A stretch of DNA of 64,000 nucleotides, taken from NCBI GenBank assembly GCA_965205975.1, contig OZ242195.1, forward strand, positions 448,001 to 512,000, written 5' to 3'. Both the position numbers and the translations under genes were made by a program. This document shows positions 29,198 through 37,170 of the stretch, piece by piece. Below the pieces are notes generated by a model. That model was given only the letters and a program-made list of their open reading frames with translations, did not search any database and had not been told where the DNA came from. This DNA is from Candidatus Latescibacterota bacterium. Its GTDB lineage: Bacteria; Latescibacterota; UBA2968. How positions within the stretch are numbered: the first letter of the stretch is position 1; every line of letters starts with the position of its first letter.

Positions 29198-29584
29198 TTA
29201 CTGTTCCTTACATTTTTGTCTTGAATTATGGGGTATTACGTTTTCTAAGTAGTGCTGTTCAGAGACGGGGTGCTCCATACCAAGATAGCGTGCTACTGTC
29301 GCATAGGGCGTCAATTTTCCTGCCCGGTGAATGTCGTCGGGCACATGTTGTCCGTTTGATTCCAATACGGTCAATAGCTGGTCGAGATCATGCACATACG
29401 GAAACTCAATATCGCATGCGATCATTATGCCCTTGATGGCTTTCTCCGCCGCCTGTTGGGCATCAAAACACAAGTCTTCGAGATAGGTACCGGGAATTCG
29501 GTTTTTTGCTCGAATTAGATTGCTACTGGCGCGGTTCAGCCATTCCCGGGGGTCGTAGGGTGGGAAGCGTTCAGGCTGCTTCAT
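29198..29584 (-). CDS. HEPN domain protein (toxin of a HEPN-MNT pair), probably C-terminally truncated
   Basis: WLNRASSNL, CFDAQQAAEKAIK and HDL motifs; the tail after HYLE (~29242) looks unrelated. Confidence 0.82.
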   Translation of the reverse strand: MKQPERFPPYDPREWLNRASSNLIRAKNRIPGTYLEDLCFDAQQAAEKAIKGIMIACDIEFPYVHDLDQLLTVLESNGQHVPDDIHRAGKLTPYATVARYLGMEHPVSEQHYLENVIPHNSRQKCKEQ

Positions 29585-29885
29585 ATATGACCCTTCCCTC
29601 TCGCAGTGCGGGCTTGATCACCAGTGCGTGACTATCCTTATAACGTTCCATCTGCGCTGGCGTGACCACGATTGCATCTACCGCCACGCCAATGCCGCGC
29701 AAATTCCCGTAGATGTCTCCCATAACAGTCCACGGATCGCTACCGTCCTTTACGACAAGCAGGTCAACGTCGCTATGGCGATTCACATCGCCCCTCGCGG
29801 CGGACCCGAAGAGAATGATCTTCTCTGGATGAGCGACCTCTACAATGCGCCGGATGATGTCGTTCAGGGTTGATTGATCCAGCAT
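29571..29885 (-). CDS. Minimal nucleotidyltransferase (MNT antitoxin)
   Basis: LFGSAARG...SDVDLLVV motif; overlaps the HEPN start. Confidence 0.92.
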   Translation of the reverse strand: MLDQSTLNDIIRRIVEVAHPEKIILFGSAARGDVNRHSDVDLLVVKDGSDPWTVMGDIYGNLRGIGVAVDAIVVTPAQMERYKDSHALVIKPALREGRVIYEAA

Positions 29886-29919
29886 CGTATTATCTTTTGT
29901 ATGCTCACGTCATGTGTAA

Positions 29920-30000
29920 CTATGTAACTATAGGATAGTATTCAGCACGTAGCCGGACAACGACCTGCTCCGATATATTTTTGTCGGCAAGTATTCTCAT
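29920..30000 (-). pseudogene. N-terminal stub of a DUF5615/VapC45-like PIN toxin
   Basis: ATG abuts the DUF433 stop; translates as MRILADKNISEQVVVRLRAE then YYPIVT*. Confidence 0.75.
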
Positions 30001-30610
30001 CTACCGTTTGCCATCCATAATCGCGTCAATATCCGCCCAGGTCACATTGGACAGCTTTGCACCAGTGGCGGCGTACTCCCGACAAGCTCGGATATCTTTC
30101 AGGGTAATGTGCGAATACCTGCGGATGATATCGGCTTCGCTGCGTCCTCCGTCCAGCAATTCCATGATCAGTTCCACTGAAATCCGAGTGCCTTTTATTG
30201 TTGGTTTTCCGACCAGAATCAACGGGTCAGTGACGATGCGATCTTGCCAGATTGGATTCTTTTCTGTTTTGGCCATAGCCTATCTCCTTTTTTGTCCCTG
30301 GATCTCCTCAATCCCATTACCCGAAGTATTTAAAAAAGCTCCAGGTGACAAAGACAGTATATTCAGTTCTGCATGTTTTGTCAACGCGCTGTTCTCATCA
30401 ACTAAGGCTTATAGAACTCTGTACTTTCTGGATAAAAAAGGGGACCGGGATCGGGAAGCGATATGGATTTTGCTGGTGCGGGTTGGGGACTCACTGTATA
30501 ATGACGGTCAAAGTACACGACAAAAAACGGGTTCGATATTTATCATTTGCGCGTGAATTCAGGTCGCATCCTGGACCACCTCCGCAAACACAGTTCTGAA
30601 GCCTACGCCA
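29990..30610. repeat. Direct repeat, copy 1 (blocks 29990-30096 and 30317-30610 recur at 33192-33596)
   Basis: Near-identical sequence by eye, e.g. TTACCCGAAGTATTTAAAAAAGCTCCAGG...GAAGCCTACGCCA. Confidence 0.95.
30001..30276 (-). CDS. DUF433 family (VapB45-like antitoxin)
   Basis: IVTDPLILVGKPTIKGTRISVELI...DIRACREYA. Confidence 0.92.
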   Translation of the reverse strand: MAKTEKNPIWQDRIVTDPLILVGKPTIKGTRISVELIMELLDGGRSEADIIRRYSHITLKDIRACREYAATGAKLSNVTWADIDAIMDGKR

Positions 30611-30646
30611 GGATCATGGAAAAAGAATAAAGAAAGGAAAGACAAG

Positions 30647-31471
30647 ATGTATCGTCATTGTATTTGTACAGGTGTATTCATTCTTCTGAGCCTTCCCCTT
30701 TGGTCACAACAGGACACCGGGAACAGTGCGCCTTCACCTGGCGAGACTTTTCAAGATTGTAATGAATGTCCAAAGATGGTTGTCGTGCCATCGGGAAGGT
30801 TCACGATGGGATCATCCAGGGGAGAGGCGGGTCATGAAGATGATGAAGAACCGCTACGCAGGGTGCGTATAGATTACCGGTTTGCCGTAGGCGTCTATGA
30901 GGTGACATTTGCCGAGTGGTATGCATGTATGGATGCAGGTGGTTGTGGGAGCTACGTTCCGGATGATATGCGCTGGGGCCGCGGAAATCGTCCAGTGATC
31001 AATGTGAGTTGGGACGATGCCCAGTCTTATGTGAGTTGGTTGTCAGCCCGGACGGGTAAAACGTATCGTTTATTGAGTGAATCGGAATGGGAGTATGTGG
31101 CGCGCGCAGGCACAGAGACAGCATATAGCTGGGGTGACAGCATCGGTGTCAACCGTGCCAATTGCGAGGGTTGCGGCAGTCAGTGGGATGATAAGATGAC
31201 AGCGCCAGTGGGATCATTCGCAGCCAATGTCTGGGGCGTGTACGATATGCACGGCAATGTGTGGGAGTGGGTGCAAGACTGCTATAATGACAGCTATGAA
31301 GGCGCACCTACAGATGGAAGTGCTTGGACGTCTGAGGACTGCTCCGAGCGCGTGTTGCGTGGTGGTTCGGCGAAAAGCGTCCCGAGTTACCTGCGTTCGG
31401 CGCGTCGTCTCAGTCATACCACCGGAAGCCGGTACCGTGACCTCGGTTTTCGAGTTGCCCGGTCTTTTTAG
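30647..31471 (+). CDS. FGE-sulfatase/SUMF1 (CLec-fold) domain protein 2, secreted; candidate DGR target
   Basis: FQDCNECPKMVVVP, RLLSESEWEYVARAG, DMHGNVWEW, RVLRGG...GFRVAR motifs. Confidence 0.9.
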   Translation: MYRHCICTGVFILLSLPLWSQQDTGNSAPSPGETFQDCNECPKMVVVPSGRFTMGSSRGEAGHEDDEEPLRRVRIDYRFAVGVYEVTFAEWYACMDAGGCGSYVPDDMRWGRGNRPVINVSWDDAQSYVSWLSARTGKTYRLLSESEWEYVARAGTETAYSWGDSIGVNRANCEGCGSQWDDKMTAPVGSFAANVWGVYDMHGNVWEWVQDCYNDSYEGAPTDGSAWTSEDCSERVLRGGSAKSVPSYLRSARRLSHTTGSRYRDLGFRVARSF

Positions 31472-31533
31472 CTGGGGGAAAGAAGTAGATGCATCTGATT
31501 GGGAAGGTGAGGCTTTTCATCAGTTTGTACGCC

Positions 31534-33090
31534 TCATGCAAGCGTTGTCTCAAACCCTATCAGATTGCGGGTCTCGCGGCTGAATTCTACCCCGATCATA
31601 AAAATCGGCTCGCCCAGATCGCGGTATTTGTCCGCATATCCCTTTGCCTGCAATTGCGCCATTGCAGACCCTTCCGGTGCCAATTCCACCACTTTGAACT
31701 CGAACAGATACACATTGTTGTTGAAACGAACCGCCATGTCCAGACGCCCATCGCTGCCACTGTCTTCCACAACGATGTCGAATCCCACCGATGCGAAGTA
31801 GGAGTAGAACACGCTGGCGTAGTAGCCTTCGTAGTTCGCTATATCATTGTTTGTGTGCCACTGATAGGGAATGCTGGCGAAGAATGCCTTGAACAGGCTT
31901 TCCAGGCCAGCGAAGTCATTGATCAGCAACAGGTCATACAGACGGGCGCGATGCTCCGTGCGCTGTGAGGGATCGCCAGTCAGGTGATTTAGCAGGCTCC
32001 TGTTCAAGCTCTGACGCACTTCCCGATTCGGATAGGATAGCCGATAATACATCTCGCCACCGCGCGGTTCGGTTTGGATAATCGTGAGATAGCCGGTCTG
32101 GAACAGCAGGGCTTCGGTGGCGATGTGGTCAACATCAAAAGCCGACAGCAAATCATCACTGCCCAGCATGTTGTCCAGCGCCAGCGCACCGACCCCGCGC
32201 GATAGCAGCGTCTCGATCAGAAATGTCGGTGTGCCGGTCTCGAACCAGTAGGCTTCGAAGCTCTGCCTTCTGAACAGCAAGAGGATGTCGAAGGGGTTAT
32301 AGACCTTCTCCTGTCCCCGCCAACTATAGCCATTGTACCAGTCGCGGATCTCATCCCGATCCAGACCCGGCAGTTCTGGCGCGAATACCATGTCGAGGTC
32401 CTTCTCGGTGTAGCCGCAAATAGCCGAGTAGCGCGTGTCCAGCGTGATGTTGGTCAAGTTGTTGAGACCAGAAAAGATGCTCGCCTTGGTGAATTGGCTG
32501 ACGCCCGTGAGGAAAGTGAAGTGAATGTGTGCATCGCAGTCTTTAGTGGTGGCGTACAGACTGTGCAGAAAATCGCGGTTGGCACGGGCGACCTCTGGCA
32601 CCTCAAGCGCGTCCAGAATCGGCTTATCGTATTCATCAACAAGCACGACAACACGCTGCTCAGCCTGCCGATGCAATACCCGGATCAGGTCGCCAAAGCA
32701 CTCTGAGGCCGTATCGTAACGCGGCACAATCCCGGCTTCTTCCGCTATCGTGTGGAGTTGCGTCATTACATTCGCATGCAGATAGTCCGCTTCTTTGAAA
32801 TTGCCTCTGCCAAAGCTCAAGCGCACAACGGGATAGCGAACGCGCCAGTCCCAATACTCATGGATATGAAGCCCCTCGAACAGCGGCTCATTGCCCTCAA
32901 AAAGTTCCTTCAGCGTATCCAGAAACAGGCTTTTGCCAAACCGACGTGGACGCGATAAAAAGTAGTGCGTGCCTTCGTCTATCAGTCGCCGCATGTGGAC
33001 CGTTTTATCGACATAGTAGCAGTTTTCCTCCCGAATTTTGCGGAAGGTCTGAATGCCGATAGGCAACTTGCGTCTGTCTGATATGCCCAT
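31534..33090 (-). CDS. AAA-ATPase-like + PD-(D/E)XK nuclease (PDDEXK_9 type)
   Basis: KLPIGIQTF, SRPRRFGKS, VDEYDKP, WYNGY, GRLDM..FEFK..QL..KGY motifs. Confidence 0.92.
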   Translation of the reverse strand: MGISDRRKLPIGIQTFRKIREENCYYVDKTVHMRRLIDEGTHYFLSRPRRFGKSLFLDTLKELFEGNEPLFEGLHIHEYWDWRVRYPVVRLSFGRGNFKEADYLHANVMTQLHTIAEEAGIVPRYDTASECFGDLIRVLHRQAEQRVVVLVDEYDKPILDALEVPEVARANRDFLHSLYATTKDCDAHIHFTFLTGVSQFTKASIFSGLNNLTNITLDTRYSAICGYTEKDLDMVFAPELPGLDRDEIRDWYNGYSWRGQEKVYNPFDILLLFRRQSFEAYWFETGTPTFLIETLLSRGVGALALDNMLGSDDLLSAFDVDHIATEALLFQTGYLTIIQTEPRGGEMYYRLSYPNREVRQSLNRSLLNHLTGDPSQRTEHRARLYDLLLINDFAGLESLFKAFFASIPYQWHTNNDIANYEGYYASVFYSYFASVGFDIVVEDSGSDGRLDMAVRFNNNVYLFEFKVVELAPEGSAMAQLQAKGYADKYRDLGEPIFMIGVEFSRETRNLIGFETTLA

Positions 33091-33140
33091 CTCTCATCTC
33101 CAGATTGTGATGTCAGCACGGTCACCCTGCGCGATACAGT

Positions 33141-33169
33141 ATTATACCGCTTTCGCTATCTATTTGGAA
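33141..33169 (-). promoter_or_regulatory. Putative sigma70 promoter of the AAA/PD-(D/E)XK gene
   Basis: Minus strand TTCCAA-17 nt-TATAAT, about 50 nt upstream of the ATG. Confidence 0.45.
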
Positions 33170-33191
33170 GTCAAATATGTTTTCATCAGCC

Positions 33192-33596
33192 AGTATTCTC
33201 ATCTATCGTTTGCCATCCATAATCGCGTCAATATCCTCCCAGGTCACATTGGACAGCTTTGCACCAGTGGCGGCATACTCCCGACAAGCTCGGATATCCT
33301 CTTACCCGAAGTATTTAAAAAAGCTCCAGGTGACAAAGACAGTATATTTAGTTCTGCATGTTTTGTCAACGCGCTGTTCTCATCAACTAAGGCTTATAGA
33401 ACTCTGTACTTTCTGGATAAAAAAGGGGACCGGGATCGGGAAGCGATATGGATTTTGCTGGTGCAGGTTGGGGACACACTGTATAATGACGGTCAAAGTA
33501 CACGACAAAAAAACGGGTTCGATATTTATCATTTGCGCGTGAATTCAGGTCGCATCCTGGACCACATCCGCAAACACAGTCCTGAAGCCTACGCCA
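33192..33596. repeat. Direct repeat, copy 2, with a ~220 bp internal deletion (keeps DUF433 3' end and PIN stub MRILADENI)
   Basis: Matches 29990-30096 joined through CTC to 30317-30610. Confidence 0.95.
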
Positions 33597-33626
33597 ATAA
33601 CCATTACCGTGTGAGGATTCCCGAAA

Positions 33627-34751
33627 ATGAAAATTACGGGGTTTGAGACGATTCCCATTCGGGGTCGGGCGATGATTTTGAAGATGTTTACGGATGAGGG
33701 ATTGGTGGGGTATGGCGAGCCGATGAATTACGAGCATTGGCGCGTGGTGGCGCAGGCTGTAGAGGATATGGCCGAGTACCTGGTAGGGAAAGATCCGCTG
33801 AATATTGAAGACCATTGGCAGGCGATGTATCGCTCGAGTTATAGCCGGAGTATGCCGGTGTTGGTCGGTGCGCTGAGTGGGATAGAGATGGCGATGTGGG
33901 ATGTGTTCGGCAAAATGGTGGGGTTGCCGGTCTGGAAACTTTTGGGTGGGAAAGTTCGCGATCGCATTCGCGTTTACACAGGTACGGGCGGGACGACGCC
34001 AGAAGAATGCGCGGAGGCTGCAAGCCAGAAGGTGGCAGAGGGCTTTCGCGCTGTGAAGATGGGGGCTTCGCCGAGTCCTGTGAGATTTGTCGATACGCCA
34101 GAGAAAATAGATTTTATGGTTTCTCGCGTTGCCGCGGTGCGCGAAGCGGTGGGCTATTCGGTCGATATTGCCGTGGATTTGCATCGGCGATTGAGTCCGA
34201 CTATGGCCGCGATTCTGGTGAAGGAGTTGGAGCCGCTGCGTCCTTTGTTTGCTGAAGAGCCGTGTCATCCGGACAACAATGAGGCGTTATTGGCGCTGTC
34301 CCGGGGCACAACGGTGCCCATTGCCACGGGCGAACGGCATTTGACGCGCTGGGGATTCCGCGAGCTCATCGAGCGAGAGATGTGCGCGATTTTGCAACCG
34401 GATATTCGCCATTGTGGGGGTATGTTGGAATTGAAAAAGATCGCGGGGATGGCAGAGATTCACAATATGGCGATTGCACCGCATAACGCGGCAGGGCCTG
34501 TGGGGGTGGCAGCGTCGGTGCATGTGATGGCAACGATTCCAAATTTGTTGATTTGCGAGGGCGGCCATAACCGTGGAGAAGGTTTGTTTAAGACGCCATT
34601 GGTTCTTCGAGATGGTTTTATTGAATTGCCGACTGAGCCGGGTTTGGGTGTGGATATGGACGATGATGCGCTCGAGGCTTTGCGCGATGAATCTTATCGC
34701 CTGCGCGGGATGTTCTGGCATGAAGATGACGGTTCTTTTGCGGATTATTGA
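33627..34751 (+). CDS. dgoD: Galactonate dehydratase-like enolase superfamily enzyme, second paralogue
   Basis: GLVGYGE, ALSGIEMAMWD, DLHRR, FAEEP, ATGER and APHN motifs. Substrate uncertain. Confidence 0.75.
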   Translation: MKITGFETIPIRGRAMILKMFTDEGLVGYGEPMNYEHWRVVAQAVEDMAEYLVGKDPLNIEDHWQAMYRSSYSRSMPVLVGALSGIEMAMWDVFGKMVGLPVWKLLGGKVRDRIRVYTGTGGTTPEECAEAASQKVAEGFRAVKMGASPSPVRFVDTPEKIDFMVSRVAAVREAVGYSVDIAVDLHRRLSPTMAAILVKELEPLRPLFAEEPCHPDNNEALLALSRGTTVPIATGERHLTRWGFRELIEREMCAILQPDIRHCGGMLELKKIAGMAEIHNMAIAPHNAAGPVGVAASVHVMATIPNLLICEGGHNRGEGLFKTPLVLRDGFIELPTEPGLGVDMDDDALEALRDESYRLRGMFWHEDDGSFADY

Positions 34752-34755
34752 GAAA

Positions 34756-35946
34756 ATGCGTTTGATGATCGTTGTGATTCTGGTGCTATTTGCAAGCGGT
34801 TATGTAGATGCCGTAGAGAGAGATGCTCTCAGGCGAGAATACAACGATGTGTCCGCTGCCGTAGATAGTCTCGTGCGGATGATGCAGATGACAGATGCCG
34901 AGGTGCTGAAGAAACTGCCCGAGACGCGTCCCGACCGGGTATTGCCCGAGGGGATGACGGCTGTGATGATTTTTTGGGCGGATGACGAAGCGCGGGTTTG
35001 GCTCAATGATTTTCCCGTGGGTGAGACCCGGTTGACGCCTGTGGAAGTGACTGTTCCAGATTTGTATTTTCAAGGGCAAAATCGCCTGCGCGTGCGGTGC
35101 TGGGATACGGATCGGGTGGAGAGTGGTTTTTTGGGTGGGTTATACCTGAAAGATGGTGCAGGAAGGTTGTACCCCATTGTGGTTTCCAATGGGACATGGG
35201 AGACTTCAGGAGGACGGGCAACGGAAATTATTTATGCCCATCCGATGCCGGATATTCCCGGCGCACAACCGATTTGGGGCATGCGAATGTTTGGGTTTGT
35301 AGATATGGCTATCACATTTGATCAAGGTGCGATTGATCGCGCGCTTGCAGAAACCGCATCTGCAAGAGCAATGACTGTCCGACAACAGGCAATGGATTAT
35401 CACACCTTTGCCCAACAACTCGCTATTTTGCAGGCTCGACGAGAAAAATTAAGAGCAGATTTAGATCGTGCGGGCGACCTGAGTGTGCCGCTTTACAATC
35501 GGGAACGCGCCCGTTCTGCATCGCTGACACTGGGGAAGGCTGCGCCTTTGACTGAAAAGGTGTCGGCACCGGTGGCAAAAAATGTGCGGTCCTGGTCGGA
35601 GAAATTACCGGTGGTGCAGCAGCAGTTGATTTATCCAGACCGCCGTGCGTTAAAAGGAGAAGGTGCTGTAACTGCGGCCACGGGCGATGTGGTGCCCACC
35701 GCGAGTGACCGCGGCAGTCGAGAGCAGGCGTATCGCCCTCCTGAAGAACGCGGTGGGATAAAAAGTGACACAAAAGATGAGGGGGTTGATGCTCAGGTGC
35801 AGCCGCAGGGAATGAGACGCGGTGGTGGGGGTGGGCAGTCGAATCAGGCCACGCGATTGGGATTGTTGTTGCCAACGCTGATAGTGGGAATTTATGTGTT
35901 GTATGTGGCCATACGCTGGCAATCGTTAATGGGAGAAAGTGATTGA
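34756..35946 (+). CDS. Exported protein: signal peptide, jelly-roll-like domain, coiled coil, C-terminal TM anchor
   Basis: MRLMIVVILVLFASGYVDA; WADDEARVWLND...NRLRVRCWD; terminal hydrophobic helix. Confidence 0.65.
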   Translation: MRLMIVVILVLFASGYVDAVERDALRREYNDVSAAVDSLVRMMQMTDAEVLKKLPETRPDRVLPEGMTAVMIFWADDEARVWLNDFPVGETRLTPVEVTVPDLYFQGQNRLRVRCWDTDRVESGFLGGLYLKDGAGRLYPIVVSNGTWETSGGRATEIIYAHPMPDIPGAQPIWGMRMFGFVDMAITFDQGAIDRALAETASARAMTVRQQAMDYHTFAQQLAILQARREKLRADLDRAGDLSVPLYNRERARSASLTLGKAAPLTEKVSAPVAKNVRSWSEKLPVVQQQLIYPDRRALKGEGAVTAATGDVVPTASDRGSREQAYRPPEERGGIKSDTKDEGVDAQVQPQGMRRGGGGGQSNQATRLGLLLPTLIVGIYVLYVAIRWQSLMGESD

Positions 35947-36704
35947 TGTACGGATTACACTGGTCTGAATCGTTGTCGTTGGGTCTTTTTTGGGTAGTGT
36001 GTGTTATAGCAGGTGCATTGATTTTGATGCAACGCTTAAGTGCTATTTGTCGTTACGAAAAACAATTTGGCCTGCCGGAGTCCAATTGGCCTGGCGCGAT
36101 AATAGGTGGATTGGGCGGTGCTGGCGTGGCGAGTATTGGTATTTATTTTTATTTTTTTGCACCAGCAGCCTCGGGTTGGGTTGAGTGGACGGGGCGTTCG
36201 GCTTATGTGCTCGTTTTGGGCAGTTCGGCAGCGCATCTGGTCACGTTTATTCATTTTTGGCGGCGATTGGGCGCGGAAGGTGCGGAAACAGGTAATTTGA
36301 CCGCATTGCGCCAGGAGCAGGTGGATAAATTTCGCCAGAGCCGCGAGAATTATGCGGACCTAAAAGCGCGCGATGACGAGGCAGTAGATGAGTTACTCGC
36401 TGTGTTTGGCGAGCGGTTGTTGTCCGAGCAACGCGCTTTGAGCCGCATTCCGTTTTATGGATATTTGGGGACTGTGTGCGGTATTTTGCTGATGGCTGAA
36501 GAACTGACCCGACTGGATGAAGCGACCGAGACGTTTAAGGTGTTGCGCGATATGGCAGGTGGATTGGTGCTGGCATTTCAGACAACGCTCGTCGCATTGT
36601 TGGCCTATTTGCCGCTTCGAAAGGGCTATGATATGTTGCTGAATCGCATGTCTGATCTGGAACGCAAATGGTTGGATATGCGCGAGGGAGAGAGAAGAGA
36701 ATGA
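35946..36704 (+). CDS. MotA/TolQ/ExbB proton-channel family protein
   Basis: IPFYGYLGTVCGI and GLVLAFQTTLVAL match the last two TM helices of the family. Confidence 0.8.
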   Translation: MYGLHWSESLSLGLFWVVCVIAGALILMQRLSAICRYEKQFGLPESNWPGAIIGGLGGAGVASIGIYFYFFAPAASGWVEWTGRSAYVLVLGSSAAHLVTFIHFWRRLGAEGAETGNLTALRQEQVDKFRQSRENYADLKARDDEAVDELLAVFGERLLSEQRALSRIPFYGYLGTVCGILLMAEELTRLDEATETFKVLRDMAGGLVLAFQTTLVALLAYLPLRKGYDMLLNRMSDLERKWLDMREGERRE

Positions 36705-37123
36705 GGCGACGTTTTTTACAGCGCGCGGTGGCCGAAGCCGAAGCGCACGACGTGAGCAAAGAGTTGTTCCTGGGGATTATGATGCTGATGCTGTGCCTGG
36801 GGATTATGATTTTGAATGTGTCGCAGCCCGTGTGGCGCGTCTATCACCACGATCCCGAACCAGGAGATGTGGTGATTTTATATACTTCCATGGGTCTGGC
36901 GTTTTCGGAAGATGGGCGGTCTGCAACACGCAGTTTGGGACCGGGCGAGTTTCGCAAAACAGTAAATGATCTGGTTGCTGAACCCGATCGGCATTTGCAT
37001 TTGTTTCTAAAGGGAGGCAGCCGAGAGCGTATGGTCAATGATGCGGCTTATGCGGATTCTCTTTTGTCTGCTGGCACAGCGGGACAAAAGGTGCGCCCCG
37101 CCGTATATGTGCATCTGTGGTAA
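36701..37123 (+). CDS. Single-TM partner protein, ExbD/TolR-like (divergent)
   Basis: ATGA overlap with the ExbB-like gene; basic N-terminus, one TM helix, ~100-aa soluble domain. Confidence 0.6.
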   Translation: MRRRFLQRAVAEAEAHDVSKELFLGIMMLMLCLGIMILNVSQPVWRVYHHDPEPGDVVILYTSMGLAFSEDGRSATRSLGPGEFRKTVNDLVAEPDRHLHLFLKGGSRERMVNDAAYADSLLSAGTAGQKVRPAVYVHLW

Positions 37124-37142
37124 ATCGCAATATTCCAAAACT

Positions 37143-37170
37143 AAAAACCCGGTGATTTCACCGGGTTTTT
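37143..37170. terminator. Bidirectional terminator
   Basis: AAAAACCCGGTGA-TT-TCACCGGGTTTTT perfect inverted repeat between convergent genes. Confidence 0.85.

Noticed and set aside
25622..31471. FGE-domain genes as true sulfatase maturases for the sulfatase at 14.4 kb
   Set aside because: Both lack the catalytic Cys pair after RGG and carry signal peptides.
24400..33650. Complete DGR in this window
   Set aside because: No reverse transcriptase ORF, avd gene or AAC-rich template repeat found by eye.
33053..34268. ORFs 33053-33646 (+) and 33387-34268 (-)
   Set aside because: Chimeras across the duplicated scraps, or antisense to the dehydratase; no coherent domain.
35946..37123. Zorya ZorAB or flagellar MotAB
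   Set aside because: No long ZorA tail, no OmpA/peptidoglycan-binding domain, no zorC/D/E or flagellar genes.
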